Source: Vicugna vicugna (Eukaryota). Taken from it: a stretch of DNA of 64,000 bases. The stretch spans positions 903,986 to 967,985 of the forward strand of contig MU058045.1 of NCBI GenBank assembly GCA_013265495.1, written 5' to 3'. The notes under the pieces were generated by a model. That model searched no databases. It worked only from the letters and a program-made list of their open reading frames with translations, and had not been told where the DNA came from. Shown in pieces: positions 62,509 to 64,000 of the stretch. Positions within the stretch are counted from its first letter, which is position 1. The number at the start of each line of letters is the position of its first letter. The position numbers were made by a program, and so were the translations under genes.

Positions 62509-63008
62509 GCTTTCCCTTAATAGGGCCGTAATAGACCCCTGCGGGGTCTTGGGGCCTCTATAAGGCCGTACAGATGGATCCTGATTGGTCAGTGTTACTT
62601 CCTTTTGTTTCCCACCCACAACTTGAGGTGAGATTATAATTATTCCCATTTTACAGCTAGAACAGATGAGGCTGGATACCAGTGGAGCTGTGATTCCAGC
62701 CCAGGTCTTCGGACTGGAGTTCCCCTTTCCCTCCACCATGTCACCCTGTGACCAGGAGCTCACTGTGCAGAGAGCTGTGTGTTCCCGGAAACGTGCACAG
62801 CTCTCCTGGGGCATCATCTCCAGACTTGTTAATGTTGTGGGGAAAACACTGCTCAGTCAGTGTAAAGTAAGATTTGGTTGTTCACTTTCAAGAACTGCAT
62901 TACAGGAAGGAAGGAGAGCAGTGCCCACCAGCCAGTAGCCAGGCCCCCACCACGCTATGCTGACTTAATTCAAAACACACACACACACTTTGTTTTACCT
63001 ACAAGTAC

Positions 63009-63010
<2 letters not shown>

Positions 63011-63042
<32 letters not shown>
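63011..63042 (+). repeat. (TG)16 microsatellite
   Basis: Directly visible; an (AC)7 run lies just upstream at 62975-62988. Confidence 0.95.
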
Positions 63043-63048
<6 letters not shown>

Positions 63049-63160
63049 TGAGTGAGATGCCATGTAACCTTGAGCAAGTCATTTTCTCAGCTTTCCAGGG
63101 CTTCAGTTTTCTCATCTCTGAAAATCTTTGACCTTCTTTCACAATATAGATTGTTAAAAG

Positions 63161-63282
63161 TTTTTTTATTTTATTTTATTTTAATTTGGGGGGTGGTAAT
63201 TAGGTTATTCATTTATTTTAATGGAGGTGCTGGGGATTGAACCCAGGACCCCGCACATGATAAGCACGCTCTCTCCCCTCCC
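63161..63282 (-). mobile_element. tRNA-Ala-derived SINE with an internal deletion of the A-box region
   Basis: T-rich tail, ggtggtaattagg block, atggaggtgctggggattgaacccaggacc...aagcacgctct, then directly cccctccc. Confidence 0.8.
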
Positions 63283-64000
63283 TGCTCATAGCACAGGGCT
63301 GATGCCTCTCTGCCCCGCTCGCCCAGCAGGCACGTCTCATTCTTGCATTCCCACTCTTCCAGCTCCCTTTCTGCCCCTCGCTCTAGCCCTCAGTGTCCGC
63401 CTTGAGTCTCACCCCTTGAATGCCCAGCCTGTACCACCTGCCTGCTCGTACCAGAGCCGCCCCAGCATCTCTGCCATCAGCAAAATGCTCAGTACAGGCT
63501 CCCTCTGCTCACAGTGCTGGTCTGCGCATCTTAGAGTAACTGGCCTCTGCCTCCTGTATCCTCTCTCTCCCTTTCTCCCCAGCGCTGTGTCAGTGTCCTT
63601 CCCCTTCTCTGGGTCCCCGGGAGCCTGCTCGGTGCCTTCTCCAGAGGGGCGCTCACAAATCCTACCTTTCTTCTTGAAGTCTTCTCCACTGTCTATCTTT
63701 CTCCTTTTCTCCCCCTTTCTCAATTCCCTTCCCTTGACAGGACAAAATATGAAATGAAGGCTTTTTTAAAGAGTATTTATGATGTTTATAAAACATACAG
63801 TTATTTGACGTGTTTTTAATTTGAAAATCATAGCTCTCAAACAAATACAACTCTCTTTAAAAAGCTGTTATGAATGTAATTGTTTTTTATTGCTAGGTAG
63901 TCTTTAATTGATTTTTCCCCCTAAAGGTTTTTTTTTCTTCCTTATTTTAAACCCAAGGAAGGAGAAATTTCCAAGGGTTATTAGTTCATTTGCTGTTAGA

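Larger units (their letters stand above)
32629..64000 (+). other. STX8: Large STX8 intron (5' part); the terminal transmembrane-encoding exon is not seen in this window
   Basis: GT donor at 32629; I did not see a MIMVILLLLVAIVVV-like peptide downstream. Confidence 0.75.

Overview
Mammalian genomic DNA that is almost entirely intronic. The only coding sequence I can support is one 102-bp internal exon on the + strand (32527-32628). It encodes EIIDDLANLVENTDEKLRTETRRVNLVDRKSTSC(G), which I recognise as the C-terminal half of the Qc-SNARE motif of syntaxin-8 (STX8, the exon before the transmembrane exon). The rest of the window is two very large introns filled with interspersed repeats: eight tRNA-Ala-derived SINEs of a family I associate with camelids (host inferred, not proven), young and old LINE-1 fragments, L2, MIR, MER21 and MLT1 LTRs, and hAT/Tigger DNA-transposon fossils. 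Repeat family names come from memory of consensus sequences and need RepeatMasker/Dfam confirmation. I found no evidence for a new multi-gene system. The oddities most worth checking are: a perfect 45-bp direct repeat carrying a hairpin, 1454 bp apart; an exact 100-bp tandem duplication starting in the TSD of a tiny L1 insertion; a tightly spaced inverted SINE pair; and repeat-free, motif-dense blocks that look like intronic enhancers.
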